Both the position numbers and the translations under genes were made by a program. Below the pieces are notes generated by a model. That model had not been told where the DNA came from. It ran no database searches and saw nothing but the letters and a program-made list of their open reading frames with translations. From IMG/VR virus record IMGVR_UViG_3300025141_000025, positions 104,486-168,485 of that record: a DNA stretch of 64,000 nucleotides. One strand, 5' to 3'. Below, in pieces: positions 37,035 through 46,613 of the stretch; the first letter of the stretch is position 1; every line of letters starts with the position of its first letter. The DNA is from a virus.

Positions 37035-37243
37035 TAGCTCACCACCTGCGTCAAATCTCGTTCCATGACCCACACAACTGTGTAAGAAGGAGCACCCCAA
37101 CACACTTGATGAACGTATGTCGAATTCCCTCGATCCACCCGTCGAGTAGCAGCCACCTTTTTAGAATTGACAATAATTCCAAGAGAACCATCGGGATGGT
37201 AGTTTTTATCCGTACCTACTTGCACGACATCACCGACTTGCAT
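37034..37243 (-). CDS. MKVGDLV-family protein
   Basis: MQVGDVV. Confidence 0.7.
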   Translation of the reverse strand: MQVGDVVQVGTDKNYHPDGSLGIIVNSKKVAATRRVDRGNSTYVHQVCWGAPSYTVVWVMERDLTQVVS

Positions 37244-37587
37244 TAGACACTCTCCCCGTACTTGGCGATGTGGTCAGCGAGGGGGACCGGCTTAAGCCAG
37301 TTCTCGCTCGAACTCCAGCTACGAGGACCGCTATTCCGAAAGGTGTCCGCACGCTCCGGGTCCTTGAGAACCTGCCGGGTGTACTCCGACCGAATCCACG
37401 CAAGGTCATTGAGGAACATGTTGGACTTGCTCCACTCCTTGAGGGCGTCGAAGGTGAGGTAGTACTTGTTGTAGTGCCAGATGTCGCTGCTGAACAGCGT
37501 GAGCGACACACCCTTAGCGTCGAACTCGGCCTCGATGGCCCAGTCCTTCTTCCACTCCGGTCGCAAGCTTCGGTAACCGTAACCCAA
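37243..37587 (-). CDS. Hypothetical protein
   Basis: AGGAG SD; first gene after promoter. Confidence 0.65.
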   Translation of the reverse strand: MGYGYRSLRPEWKKDWAIEAEFDAKGVSLTLFSSDIWHYNKYYLTFDALKEWSKSNMFLNDLAWIRSEYTRQVLKDPERADTFRNSGPRSWSSSENWLKPVPLADHIAKYGESV

Positions 37588-37629
37588 TGTTAGCTCCTAA
37601 TTCGGGGGGCATCCCCAACCAACATTTAT

Positions 37630-37658
37630 ATCATATCACATAAATTGCGATGTTACAC
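37630..37658 (-). promoter_or_regulatory. Class A promoter variant
   Basis: GTGTAA-N17-TATGAT with hairpin leader. Confidence 0.7.
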
Positions 37659-37664
37659 AGGAAG

Positions 37665-38570
37665 CTAAAAATTGTTCAAATAATTCGTATATTTTTGAGG
37701 AGGATTGCCATGAAAGAGAAAAACTAAGGCATGATTACCGATTTTTCCATGGGACCAGGCGCCTGTAAGCACATGTGAAACAGCTTTATGAGAATACTTT
37801 TTGTGCTTTTTTCTCCACTTTACATAGCTTTTCCATGGCTTTTGCCACTTGTCAGTGAGAATGATTAATTTAAGTTGATCCTTTCTAACATGATGACCAA
37901 CACACCCTCTCCACGTTCTTTCCAGCCACCTGCCATATGTTGCATCTGAAAATAAAACAGTCTTTGGATTAACGGCGCACAAATCCCCAACAACAGATGC
38001 AGAAGCAATTGCAGAGCCACCCGCTGAGTGTCCCACAAAGTGCCTTCGAAATTTAATTTGTTTCTTGTAGATGTATTGTGTAATTGTTTCCGCCTCATCA
38101 ACCATGTTAACAAGTTGATTTTTTCTTAGAAAGATTCTGCCCTGCCTACCTCTTGGGGTTGTTGTATAATGACTCCATGGCAACTCAGGAACAATAAGCA
38201 CAACATCTTTACCTAATTTCTTTCTAATATATTCATATTGAGGCATCAATCTTTTTGAAAATGTTTTTTTACTAAAACCATTTAAACCATGAAACCAATA
38301 AACCACATCAACTTCTGTCGTGCTTTTAGAAATTTTAGGTAACATCATCATCACTTGTCTTTTTAGAAACTTATGACGAACATCACGTTTTCCAATTGAC
38401 TCAAATGTCGAGACGAGTAAAAAACCACAAAATTTTCGTGACAATAGTTCATTTTTTGCGATATTGGCAACTTGGGCAGTTTTTGGATTGTCGACGATAA
38501 AAGTAAATGTGCAGGCTAACGCTGCCTGCACACTTGAAAAATACAATAAAACTGCAAAAATGTATTTCAT
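37665..38570 (-). CDS. Secreted alpha/beta hydrolase
   Basis: Start moved to signal peptide MKYIFAVLL; WFHG, GHSAGG, SDATY, H. Confidence 0.65.
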   Translation of the reverse strand: MKYIFAVLLYFSSVQAALACTFTFIVDNPKTAQVANIAKNELLSRKFCGFLLVSTFESIGKRDVRHKFLKRQVMMMLPKISKSTTEVDVVYWFHGLNGFSKKTFSKRLMPQYEYIRKKLGKDVVLIVPELPWSHYTTTPRGRQGRIFLRKNQLVNMVDEAETITQYIYKKQIKFRRHFVGHSAGGSAIASASVVGDLCAVNPKTVLFSDATYGRWLERTWRGCVGHHVRKDQLKLIILTDKWQKPWKSYVKWRKKHKKYSHKAVSHVLTGAWSHGKIGNHALVFLFHGNPPQKYTNYLNNF

Positions 38571-38574
38571 GACA

Positions 38575-38814
38575 TCACTTATTTCTCTTTTTCTTTTTTG
38601 TATTGTTCTTTTCTTGCACTTTTTGTAAATTTCGATAATGCACTGTGAAACAACTGTCAGCATCACGACGTCGAACCTTTGCTTGGGTTCCTTCATTTTT
38701 CAAAATTTTATTTCGCTTTGCATCGGCTTCATCAAATGTATCAAACTTGCCTGCAAGAATCCATGCCTTTCCAAACATGTTGCCTATTTTTTCGTTCGTC
38801 TTTTTCTTACCCAT
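38575..38814 (-). CDS. Basic hypothetical protein
   Basis: ORF track. Confidence 0.55.
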   Translation of the reverse strand: MGKKKTNEKIGNMFGKAWILAGKFDTFDEADAKRNKILKNEGTQAKVRRRDADSCFTVHYRNLQKVQEKNNTKKKKRNK

Positions 38815-38826
38815 AAAAAATCACCC

Positions 38827-39111
38827 TTACTCTAAAATCTTATCTGCAATCTTTTTTGCACAGTCTTTTCGCGTAGTCTCTGATGCCAAGTTCAATTGTT
38901 TATCTGACATTTCATTTAGGCATATCATAATCTTGTGTTCCAGAGCATCTGGTTGTAACAATTTTTCAAGCCTATTACATTTATTTTCAAGCTCTACAAA
39001 AGTGTGTTTGAGAGAGACATAATCCCAGCACGCTTCAGCTAGTTCCCTTTCAACACGATCCAGTTTTTCTAGCTTTTGCTTTACCTCTTGTAAGTTATTC
39101 ATTTTTTCCAC
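38827..39111 (-). CDS. Coiled-coil hypothetical
   Basis: ORF track. Confidence 0.5.
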   Translation of the reverse strand: MEKMNNLQEVKQKLEKLDRVERELAEACWDYVSLKHTFVELENKCNRLEKLLQPDALEHKIMICLNEMSDKQLNLASETTRKDCAKKIADKILE

Positions 39112-39619
39112 CCTTAAAATTAATCATTCTGTCGATATAGAGAATTCCGTCTAGGTGATCACATTCATGTTGAATTACGCCTGCTAAAGGCCAACCAATA
39201 ATGACTTCATGCATTTTACCCGTTAAATCCTGATATGACAGTTTTAATCCTGTACTTCTCACCACTTCTCCAAAATAGCCTGGAACAGAAAGACATGCTT
39301 CGTTCCACTTTGTTGAATCACCCAAAAAATCCATGACAGGATTTATTATCACAATGTGATCACGATACAAATTAAAATGTGCAGCCTCAGAAGGATCAAC
39401 AAATCCTGGAAAATTTGCACAAATTACAACAACTCTTTTTGTAACACCTACCTGCGGTGCTGCCAATCCAATTCCATTTTGTTGTTTAAGCGTATCAATT
39501 AGGTCATCAACCAAGTTCTTGCAAAAGTTAGTTTCAAAATTAATGACACTATCCGAAATGACATTTAAGTTTTCGTCAGGATATGTCAATATCTTTTTGA
39601 TCACCAATTTTTGCCTCAT
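39095..39619 (-). CDS. def: Peptide deformylase
   Basis: GIGLAAPQVG, EACLS, QHECDHLDG. Confidence 0.92.
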   Translation of the reverse strand: MRQKLVIKKILTYPDENLNVISDSVINFETNFCKNLVDDLIDTLKQQNGIGLAAPQVGVTKRVVVICANFPGFVDPSEAAHFNLYRDHIVIINPVMDFLGDSTKWNEACLSVPGYFGEVVRSTGLKLSYQDLTGKMHEVIIGWPLAGVIQHECDHLDGILYIDRMINFKGGKNE

Positions 39620-39655
39620 TTAAATGATATAAATTATCGACTCAAATTACAAAAT

Positions 39656-40708
39656 TTACAGCCCTAATTTAGATATTTTTTTCAATGCCTCATGCTGGTC
39701 GCTGTTTAAAGAATCAGGAACCTCGACAATAATTGTCACAAAATGATCGCCCTGTCCAGGTACCCTTAATTTTGAAATACCCTTTTTGGCTAATCTAAGT
39801 GTAGTTCCTGACTGTGTGCCGGCTGGCAAAACAATTTTTTCATTGCCATGTAAAGTTTCAACCTCGACTTTTGTCCCCAAAGCAGCATCGCTAAATTTAA
39901 CTTTTGCAGTTGAATATATATTTGACCCCTCTCTTTTGAAACGTGGATGGGTGCCTACAGCAACATGAATATAAACATCCCCTCTGTGGCCTCCAGGACC
40001 AGCTTCGCCTTCACCCGAAATCTTTATTCGAGAATCAGCGTTTACACCAGCTGGTATGTTCACGTTAATTGTACATTCTTCAATTCCGGCCCCGGCACCA
40101 TTACAGTCGTCACACGGGGTTTCGGGAAAGATGCCATGACCGTTGCATGCCTGACATGTCATTTGAATGATAAAGGAACCTTGCTGATGTTGGATATTAC
40201 CTGCTCCGCCACACGAACTACACGAAACACTTCGAGTGCCCGGCTTTTCACCGGAGCCTTTACACGTTGTACATACACCTTGTCGTTTGAATGTAACGGT
40301 TTGTGTGCAGCCGAATGCAGCTTCTTCAAAGGTTAGTTGCAGATTACCTTGCAAATCAGCGCCTTTTTGACTTCGGTGACCCCTTTTTGACCTACCAAAA
40401 ATATCGCCAAACATATCACCGAATCCGCCAAAAATGTCTTCAAACCCACCGAATCCTCGGTTGTGACCCGACCGCTGTGTAGATCGAGGACCGGTGTGAC
40501 CAAATTGGTCATACTCTTTTTTCTTTTCGGGATCCCCCAGGACGGCATATGCCTCTGAGCATTGTTTGAATATCTCCTCAGCTTCTTCATTGTCGGGATT
40601 TTTATCAGGGTGATACTTGTGTGCCATTTTACGATAAGCACTTTTAATTTGCGATACATTTGCACTTTTATCCAGACCAAGAATATTATAATAATCTGAT
40701 TTTTTCAT
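39656..40708 (-). CDS. dnaJ: Chaperone DnaJ
   Basis: HPD J-domain, G/F region, four CxxCxGxG. Confidence 0.95.
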   Translation of the reverse strand: MKKSDYYNILGLDKSANVSQIKSAYRKMAHKYHPDKNPDNEEAEEIFKQCSEAYAVLGDPEKKKEYDQFGHTGPRSTQRSGHNRGFGGFEDIFGGFGDMFGDIFGRSKRGHRSQKGADLQGNLQLTFEEAAFGCTQTVTFKRQGVCTTCKGSGEKPGTRSVSCSSCGGAGNIQHQQGSFIIQMTCQACNGHGIFPETPCDDCNGAGAGIEECTINVNIPAGVNADSRIKISGEGEAGPGGHRGDVYIHVAVGTHPRFKREGSNIYSTAKVKFSDAALGTKVEVETLHGNEKIVLPAGTQSGTTLRLAKKGISKLRVPGQGDHFVTIIVEVPDSLNSDQHEALKKISKLGL

Positions 40709-40730
40709 ATTATGCTTACCCTAATATAGA

Positions 40731-40764
40731 ATTTCCCGGGGTTCAAACTTGAACCCCGGGAAAT
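40731..40764. terminator. Perfect 16-bp inverted repeat between dnaK and dnaJ
   Basis: ATTTCCCGGGGTTCAA-AC-TTGAACCCCGGGAAAT. Confidence 0.7.
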
Positions 40765-40784
40765 AAATGACGTGCTAATACGTC

Positions 40785-42647
40785 TTACACAAATTCAGCA
40801 TCAATTACATCATCGTTTGGCGGTGGCGAATTGTCCGGTTGCTCATCATCCGACGTCGTATCATATGCCTGCTTTGCGATTTGTTGCAACACATCATTCA
40901 GCGTAGAAAACGCATCATCAAGTTCTGACTTTGTATCACATGCAAGCTTTGCCTCTGCAGCAGAAACCGCTGTATTGATAGCCGAAACATCCTCATCAGA
41001 CAATTTGTCACCAAGTGCTTCTGTGGAGTTTTTCGCCTGATGTATCAGGTTGTCCAGCATGTTTCTTGATTCGACAACTGCCTTCTTCTTTTGATCCTCA
41101 GCCTCATATTTAGATGCGTCCTTTACCATTTGATCAATTTCAGTATCTGACAGGCCACTTGAGTTTGTAATTGTGATCTTTTGATCCTTACCTGTTGCCT
41201 TATCAACTGCTGCAACCGTCAAGATTCCATTTACATCAATGTCAAAAGTAACTTCAATTTGTGGAACACCCCGGGGTGCAGGAGGAATACCATCCAAAGT
41301 GAAACGGCCCAAGGTTCTGTTGTCGCCCGCCATTTCTCTTTCTCCCTGCAGGACATGTATATCAACTTGCATCTGATTATCAGCTGCCGTTGAAAAGACC
41401 TCAGACTTCTTCGTGGGAATAGTCGTATTCCTAGGGATCAGTTTTGTTGTGACTGATCCCATTGTCTCAATCCCTAGGCTAAGTGGAGTTACATCGAGCA
41501 GGAGCATATCCTTGACATCACCTGTAAGGACACCTCCTTGCACGGCGGCACCTAATGCCACAACCTCATCAGGGTTGACGCCTTGATGTGGAGATTTGCC
41601 AAAGAATTTTTCAACCTTCTGCATAACCAAAGGAATTCGTGTAGACCCACCGACCAAAATAACCTGGTCAATGTCAGTCGCCTTCTTTCCTGCATCTTTC
41701 AGCGCTTGCTTGCAAGACTTAAATGTCTTATCCACGATCCCATCAGCCAGCTGCTCAAATTTAGAACGACTAATCGAACATGTCAAATGCTTAGGACCGG
41801 TAGCATCAGCTGTCAAGAAAGGCAAATTAATGTCTGAAACCTGTGTAGAACTCAGTTCAATCTTTGCCTTCTCAGCTGCTTCACGAATTCTTTGCATAAC
41901 CATTGAGTCACCGCTGACATCCAGCCCTGCCTGTTGTTTAAATTCCTCTAGCAAATGATCGATCAAAGCTTCATCGATATTATCACCGCCAAGATATGTG
42001 TCACCGCTCGTAGATAAAACCTCTACAACATCACCACTTACCTCCAAAACAGAAACATCAAATGTACCACCACCGAAATCGTAAACAGCCACAAGTTGTT
42101 CACTCTTGGCACCTAGGCCATAAGCCAGGGCCGCTGCTGTAGGCTCATTGATGATTCGTTTGACGTTCAATCCGGCAATCTTACCGGCATCCTTAGTGGC
42201 CTGTCGTTGACTGTCATTGAAATACGCCGGAACCGTAACCACAGCTTCGGTGACAGGTTCGCCAAGATACTTCTCAGCAGCTCTCTTTAGCTTCTGGAGC
42301 ACCTTAGCGCTAATCTCCGGTGGTGAATAAACCTTGCCGTCAACATTGATACAGGCGTCACCTGCCGCATTCGCAGTTACATCAAAGGCAACCTTCTCAG
42401 CGGCATTTTTTACCTCATCAAGCTTTGACCCGATGAACCGTTTGGCGGAATAGATGGTTTTATCAGGATTTACGACTGCTTGCCGGCGTGCTGTCACCCC
42501 AACAAGAACATCATTATCGTTAAAAGCAACGACTGATGGTGTCGTTCGACTACCCTCCTCATTGACAATTACATGAGGTTCTCCTCCCTCAACAATTGCA
42601 ACGCACGAGTTTGTCGTGCCCAAATCAATACCAATAATCTTACTCAT
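40785..42647 (-). CDS. dnaK: Chaperone DnaK (Hsp70)
   Basis: [31 protein letters not shown]. Confidence 0.97.
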   Translation of the reverse strand: MSKIIGIDLGTTNSCVAIVEGGEPHVIVNEEGSRTTPSVVAFNDNDVLVGVTARRQAVVNPDKTIYSAKRFIGSKLDEVKNAAEKVAFDVTANAAGDACINVDGKVYSPPEISAKVLQKLKRAAEKYLGEPVTEAVVTVPAYFNDSQRQATKDAGKIAGLNVKRIINEPTAAALAYGLGAKSEQLVAVYDFGGGTFDVSVLEVSGDVVEVLSTSGDTYLGGDNIDEALIDHLLEEFKQQAGLDVSGDSMVMQRIREAAEKAKIELSSTQVSDINLPFLTADATGPKHLTCSISRSKFEQLADGIVDKTFKSCKQALKDAGKKATDIDQVILVGGSTRIPLVMQKVEKFFGKSPHQGVNPDEVVALGAAVQGGVLTGDVKDMLLLDVTPLSLGIETMGSVTTKLIPRNTTIPTKKSEVFSTAADNQMQVDIHVLQGEREMAGDNRTLGRFTLDGIPPAPRGVPQIEVTFDIDVNGILTVAAVDKATGKDQKITITNSSGLSDTEIDQMVKDASKYEAEDQKKKAVVESRNMLDNLIHQAKNSTEALGDKLSDEDVSAINTAVSAAEAKLACDTKSELDDAFSTLNDVLQQIAKQAYDTTSDDEQPDNSPPPNDDVIDAEFV

Positions 42648-42719
42648 TTTTTATCTCCTTGTTATAAAGCGAGTATCATAAAAGCTAAGCCCCAAGTGGC
42701 AGCTTTACCTTGTAAATTG

Positions 42720-42748
42720 ATTATAAAACATTCATATAATTTTTTCAA
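42720..42748 (-). promoter_or_regulatory. Sigma70-like promoter upstream of dnaK
   Basis: TTGAAA-N17-TATAAT. Confidence 0.6.
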
Positions 42749-42751
42749 AAC

Positions 42752-42940
42752 TCATGGACGATTACATTCAACGACGACCTCCAGGTCCTCATCATGATAC
42801 CACAAGCTCGCAGAGTCCCATTGCACGTGAACGCTGAGATTGTCAGGATCATATTTCTCAATCTGAATCACGATGCCTACACCTCCGTCAACAGACATAC
42901 ATGCACCTTCAGTGCATCTTACCAGGTCACCTACTTTCAT
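42752..42940 (-). CDS. MKVGDLV-family protein
   Basis: MKVGDLV. Confidence 0.7.
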   Translation of the reverse strand: MKVGDLVRCTEGACMSVDGGVGIVIQIEKYDPDNLSVHVQWDSASLWYHDEDLEVVVECNRP

Positions 42941-43121
42941 GAATAACCCTTAGCCTGTCAACGGCGTACTTTATAGTGATACCTCCAAAATTCACTAGTG
43001 CCGCCCCGCCCGGATAGCCTTTTTCGTTTGTAATTTCAATCACAATTCCTGGCCGGGTTTCCCATACGTGCCCCTTCATGGTTTCTCTTAGGCCGAGCCT
43101 TACTAAATCACCCGGTTTCAC
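42927..43121 (-). CDS. MKVGDLV-family protein
   Basis: MKPGDLV...IHESR. Confidence 0.7.
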   Translation of the reverse strand: MKPGDLVRLGLRETMKGHVWETRPGIVIEITNEKGYPGGAALVNFGGITIKYAVDRLRVIHESR

Positions 43122-43351
43122 TTGTGGTGCCTATTTTGTGCATTTATCATGCTAAGATAGTCGTGATACCCTGTAAAATCCATGATTGATCCGCTGTTGA
43201 ACATTACTAAAAATGAATGATCGGAAATTTCTATAACCAACCCAACTTTATTAAAGTGCGTCCATTCAATCGGATTAAAATCAGGAGACAGCGGTTTTCC
43301 GCCATCTAAGATAACCAAATCTCCAATACTGATTTTTTGACTAGTTTGCAA
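43118..43351 (-). CDS. MKVGDLV-family protein
   Basis: SIGDLV. Confidence 0.6.
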   Translation of the reverse strand: MQTSQKISIGDLVILDGGKPLSPDFNPIEWTHFNKVGLVIEISDHSFLVMFNSGSIMDFTGYHDYLSMINAQNRHHK

Positions 43352-43579
43352 TTAAAGAGCTAATGAAAAAACATCAGCCTGGTTATAAATTCTATTTTCA
43401 GAATTGCTTAAGTGAACATGCACAAGCGACCATTTTTTGTTGTATTTTTGAATGTCAATAACAATACCAAATATATTTTCATCCATCTGTGGCTTGAGGG
43501 GCCACGCTGTGCATTTGACAATACTACCAATTTTAATATTGTTATTCACTATATCAACGCCATAAACCTTTTTCTTCAT
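43352..43579 (-). CDS. MKVGDLV-family protein
   Basis: KIGSIV...GIV. Confidence 0.55.
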   Translation of the reverse strand: MKKKVYGVDIVNNNIKIGSIVKCTAWPLKPQMDENIFGIVIDIQKYNKKWSLVHVHLSNSENRIYNQADVFSLAL

Positions 43580-43633
43580 TCCAAATAAATAAGATGATTC
43601 CTGTTATCGGAATTAGCAAACCCAATAACTCCA

Positions 43634-44563
43634 CTAGGCCACCTTTGACATGGAACAAAAGTCATCACGATATTTGAACAATGCCAATTCCTTAGCCTTA
43701 CACTCGAGCACAACATCAGTAGGCTCGTTATACGACTCAAATGGTGTATAAAACCACGTGCTGTGCGCCATTTTATTGGCGGTGTGATCCTCGTACCGCC
43801 GGCGGCTGTTGCTATGGTGACACTGTTGCTTGATACCAACTGGCCACGTACCTCGTGCTAGATAATATGAATCATGATAGTCAAAATCCTGTGGGCCAAT
43901 CTCGAAATGATGCGAGTCAAATACGATAGGAATGCCAATACGACTGTATACACCATCATGCAGCATTTTGGTAGAATACAGGTTAGGTTTATCATCGTTT
44001 TCGACAGTGAGACGACACTGTGCCGAAGGTGAGAGACGTTTGAAATTGTCGCAAAATCGAGCCAACGCCTTTTCATGTTCACCATATGCACCACCTACAT
44101 GAATATTAATTTTAGCGCCTGGTGTGTTTGGCATACCAAGCATATCCATAATTTGTGCAGTTTGATCAAGTTCACGAAGAGACTTAGCAACGGTCGACTC
44201 ATTTGGACTAGCCAGGACGCAGAATTGACCTGGATGAAATGAAAGACGTTGACCACAGGAGCGAGCAATTTGTCCCGCCTCAGCAAGCGTATTTGCAATT
44301 TCTTGATAGTCAGGAAGATCTGTGATTTCGTATTCTGACATCCATGGAAACAAGCAGGACGTAACCCGGTATACACTGATGTCGTTCTTGTTGTTCCAGT
44401 CAACAACAGCACGAAGCCCTTTGACATTTGACAGTGCTAACATACTGGCATAGGGCATGCCCTTGGCCAGCCACGTACGGTTAATCATACCTCGATTGCA
44501 CATAATTTTAGACTGCTTTTGTAGCGTGGTATTAATGCACGCATAACCTAAATTAACTGACAT
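43634..44563 (-). CDS. uvsE: UV DNA damage endonuclease
   Basis: LGYACIN, RLSFHPGQF, IHVGG, VENDDK, FDSHH. Confidence 0.92.
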   Translation of the reverse strand: MSVNLGYACINTTLQKQSKIMCNRGMINRTWLAKGMPYASMLALSNVKGLRAVVDWNNKNDISVYRVTSCLFPWMSEYEITDLPDYQEIANTLAEAGQIARSCGQRLSFHPGQFCVLASPNESTVAKSLRELDQTAQIMDMLGMPNTPGAKINIHVGGAYGEHEKALARFCDNFKRLSPSAQCRLTVENDDKPNLYSTKMLHDGVYSRIGIPIVFDSHHFEIGPQDFDYHDSYYLARGTWPVGIKQQCHHSNSRRRYEDHTANKMAHSTWFYTPFESYNEPTDVVLECKAKELALFKYRDDFCSMSKVA

Positions 44564-44595
44564 ATTTCGACCTGCTTTTTTGTGTATTGTATAAA

Positions 44596-44624
44596 ATTAT
44601 ATCATAATTTGGTGCGTATTACAT
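44596..44624 (-). promoter_or_regulatory. Class A promoter variant
   Basis: ATGTAA-N17-TATAAT. Confidence 0.65.
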
Positions 44625-44629
44625 GCGTT

Positions 44630-44839
44630 TCATGTTGGCATAAAATCTTTTTTTCCGGCCTTTTCTACGAGCTGTGCTCTCACACGAATAGGTTGCCCCT
44701 CATACAAGATAGTAGCTGCCTTGTTTAAACTGTCGTATTCAACTAAGAGACCAATTCGTTTCTTAGGCGTAGTTGACCAATCATTTACATCTACAATATC
44801 TAACCATTCAGCAAATCTAACGATGTCACCTGGCCTCAA
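44630..44839 (-). CDS. MKVGDLV-family protein
   Basis: TTG start RPGDIV. Confidence 0.65.
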   Translation of the reverse strand: MRPGDIVRFAEWLDIVDVNDWSTTPKKRIGLLVEYDSLNKAATILYEGQPIRVRAQLVEKAGKKDFMPT

Positions 44840-45017
44840 CAACGGTCTCCAAGTCTCGTATACGCAATGTTGTTCTTTGATGTGTGCACCCTGGCGCCCA
44901 AAGCACATTAACTAATCCAATTGAGGGGTGTGCCTTACCTCGTTTGATATTGAGCACAATACCTAACTCATCGTCTCGTCCGTCAAAACGATGCCTGACC
45001 ATGTCACCGACTTTCAT
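44826..45017 (-). CDS. MKVGDLV-family protein
   Basis: MKVGDMV. Confidence 0.7.
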   Translation of the reverse strand: MKVGDMVRHRFDGRDDELGIVLNIKRGKAHPSIGLVNVLWAPGCTHQRTTLRIRDLETVVEAR

Positions 45018-45262
45018 TCTGCCTCCGCAAATAAGCTGATATCTTCTTCAAAGTCGGCATCGTCATACCACTGTGCCCAATCCTCAATGGCCTTGCTCCA
45101 CCCAACGTCTTCGATGTCGTCAAGCCAAGTAATTTGAACTCCGTGTGGTTCCTTCAGCGCCATCCCGGACGGGCTCTCCTGCTTAATGTCAGTGATCACC
45201 CCCAGGCCGCCATTTTCCCATGAAGTGTGATTTACGTATTGTACCATATCACCGACTTTCAT
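45014..45262 (-). CDS. MKVGDLV-family protein
   Basis: MKVGDMV. Confidence 0.7.
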   Translation of the reverse strand: MKVGDMVQYVNHTSWENGGLGVITDIKQESPSGMALKEPHGVQITWLDDIEDVGWSKAIEDWAQWYDDADFEEDISLFAEAE

Positions 45263-45401
45263 TTATCACCTCTAGTTCATTTTCAAAACGATTGCTATAA
45301 ACGCCATCAGCCCATTGAACACGAAACATATCACTTCGAATAGACACAATCAACCCGAGCATGTCATTAGCTTTAAATTTTACCAAATCGCCAACACTCA
45401 T
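45249..45401 (-). CDS. MKVGDLV-family protein (not in ORF track)
   Basis: MSVGDLV...LEVINESR, 50 aa. Confidence 0.65.
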   Translation of the reverse strand: MSVGDLVKFKANDMLGLIVSIRSDMFRVQWADGVYSNRFENELEVINESR

Positions 45402-46213
45402 TTTGGGTTTCTCTTGCTAACATTGTCCAGGGGGAGTATTTCTGGGTTTCCATCGATCAGAACTTCAATCGCAGGTTTCCCCCTGTCATCGACAAAAGGC
45501 GAACCAATGATCAATCCGGGGGAACCTTTTGGAATTGCTGGAGCGCTCGAGTGGTGGCCATGCGTTTCACCACGTCGCTTTGTTACAACGAGCGTTCCGA
45601 CCGGCCATCGGTCATAGGCATCGGCGATCAGCTTACGATCGCCCTTGCAGACATTCATCATTTTTTGTGCCGACCACTCTTCCAAGTATTCTATATCACC
45701 ATTCAGCCAGGATTTGCACTCTTGCAATGCCCTTGCTTTTCCTGGTTGGCCGCCTAGGTAATAAGAAGTATATCGCCGACAGAAATTTACACCAATTTCA
45801 ATCTGTGCCTTCTGTTCAGGTGTAGGTTGCCAAATACCATTTTGACGAATATCAGCTGCTTTAGCCATCAGCTTTTTCATGAACTTGTCTTGCTTTTCGC
45901 TTAACGACCAGCCTCGGGCCACTTTTCGAGCGAAATCCCGGAGTGTATTGCTTACTTTTTCCATCCCTGGCGTATCGGCATCGCGAAGAAGCTGCTCTAC
46001 AAGCAGGACATTCTTTGGCTCAGGAGGATCTGAAATCACTGCACTGTCATACCATTCACGCTGGCGCTTTGTCAACGCCCGGCCTCGCTCCAGGCGCGTC
46101 AGCATATCTTCTACAAAACGAACGCTACGATCGTCAGCACAATTTTTTGCCTGCCAACGCTCAACCATGATTTTGCCAAGTTCAATTCTTTTTGCTGCGC
46201 TCATTCGTGGCAT
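45398..46213 (-). CDS. Hypothetical with LTxRQ/LSEKQ repeats and C-terminal SH3-like segment
   Basis: Start moved to MPRMS after GGAG; WPVGTLV. Confidence 0.6.
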   Translation of the reverse strand: MPRMSAAKRIELGKIMVERWQAKNCADDRSVRFVEDMLTRLERGRALTKRQREWYDSAVISDPPEPKNVLLVEQLLRDADTPGMEKVSNTLRDFARKVARGWSLSEKQDKFMKKLMAKAADIRQNGIWQPTPEQKAQIEIGVNFCRRYTSYYLGGQPGKARALQECKSWLNGDIEYLEEWSAQKMMNVCKGDRKLIADAYDRWPVGTLVVTKRRGETHGHHSSAPAIPKGSPGLIIGSPFVDDRGKPAIEVLIDGNPEILPLDNVSKRNPK

Positions 46214-46245
46214 AAAATCTTCTCCCTTCCTCAAAAGACATTAAT

Positions 46246-46274
46246 ATTATACCACATCTTTAGAACACTTACAC
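46246..46274 (-). promoter_or_regulatory. Class A promoter
   Basis: GTGTAA-N17-TATAAT. Confidence 0.8.
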
Positions 46275-46278
46275 AGAA

Positions 46279-46503
46279 CTAAAGCCTCATCGGATCAAAT
46301 AAACATAACGTTTTACACTGTGACAGTGTTTTATTGCAAATATCACCGGAACTATCTAAAAGCATAACTTTATAAGCTGGTTCGTTCATGATTCGGCGTG
46401 CTCTGCCAATTATTACACCAATGGCATGTGTACCAACCCAATTGATTTCTACAATATCACCGGATTTCAAGTCATACTTCCTTATTACTGTTGTTGTTTT
46501 CAC
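46279..46503 (-). CDS. MKVGDLV-family protein
   Basis: KSGDIV. Confidence 0.55.
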   Translation of the reverse strand: MKTTTVIRKYDLKSGDIVEINWVGTHAIGVIIGRARRIMNEPAYKVMLLDSSGDICNKTLSQCKTLCLFDPMRL

Positions 46504-46613
46504 AATGTAATGTAACCACCTTTCCAGCCGGTGGAGTACTTAGAGATTTACATGCCCACCTAAGAGCTGACAAACACTTTGCCTTTATCCAATACATTAA
46601 AACTTTCATATTA

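Noticed and set aside
39095-44563. Cellular chromosome origin suggested by dnaK/dnaJ/def/uvsE
   Set aside because: Surrounding density of tiny orphans, single-strand coding and repeated promoters fit a large phage better, although no capsid or terminase gene is visible here.
26983-45401. Integron cassette array with attC sites
   Set aside because: Genes overlap with no intergenic palindromic attC, and no integrase is in the window.
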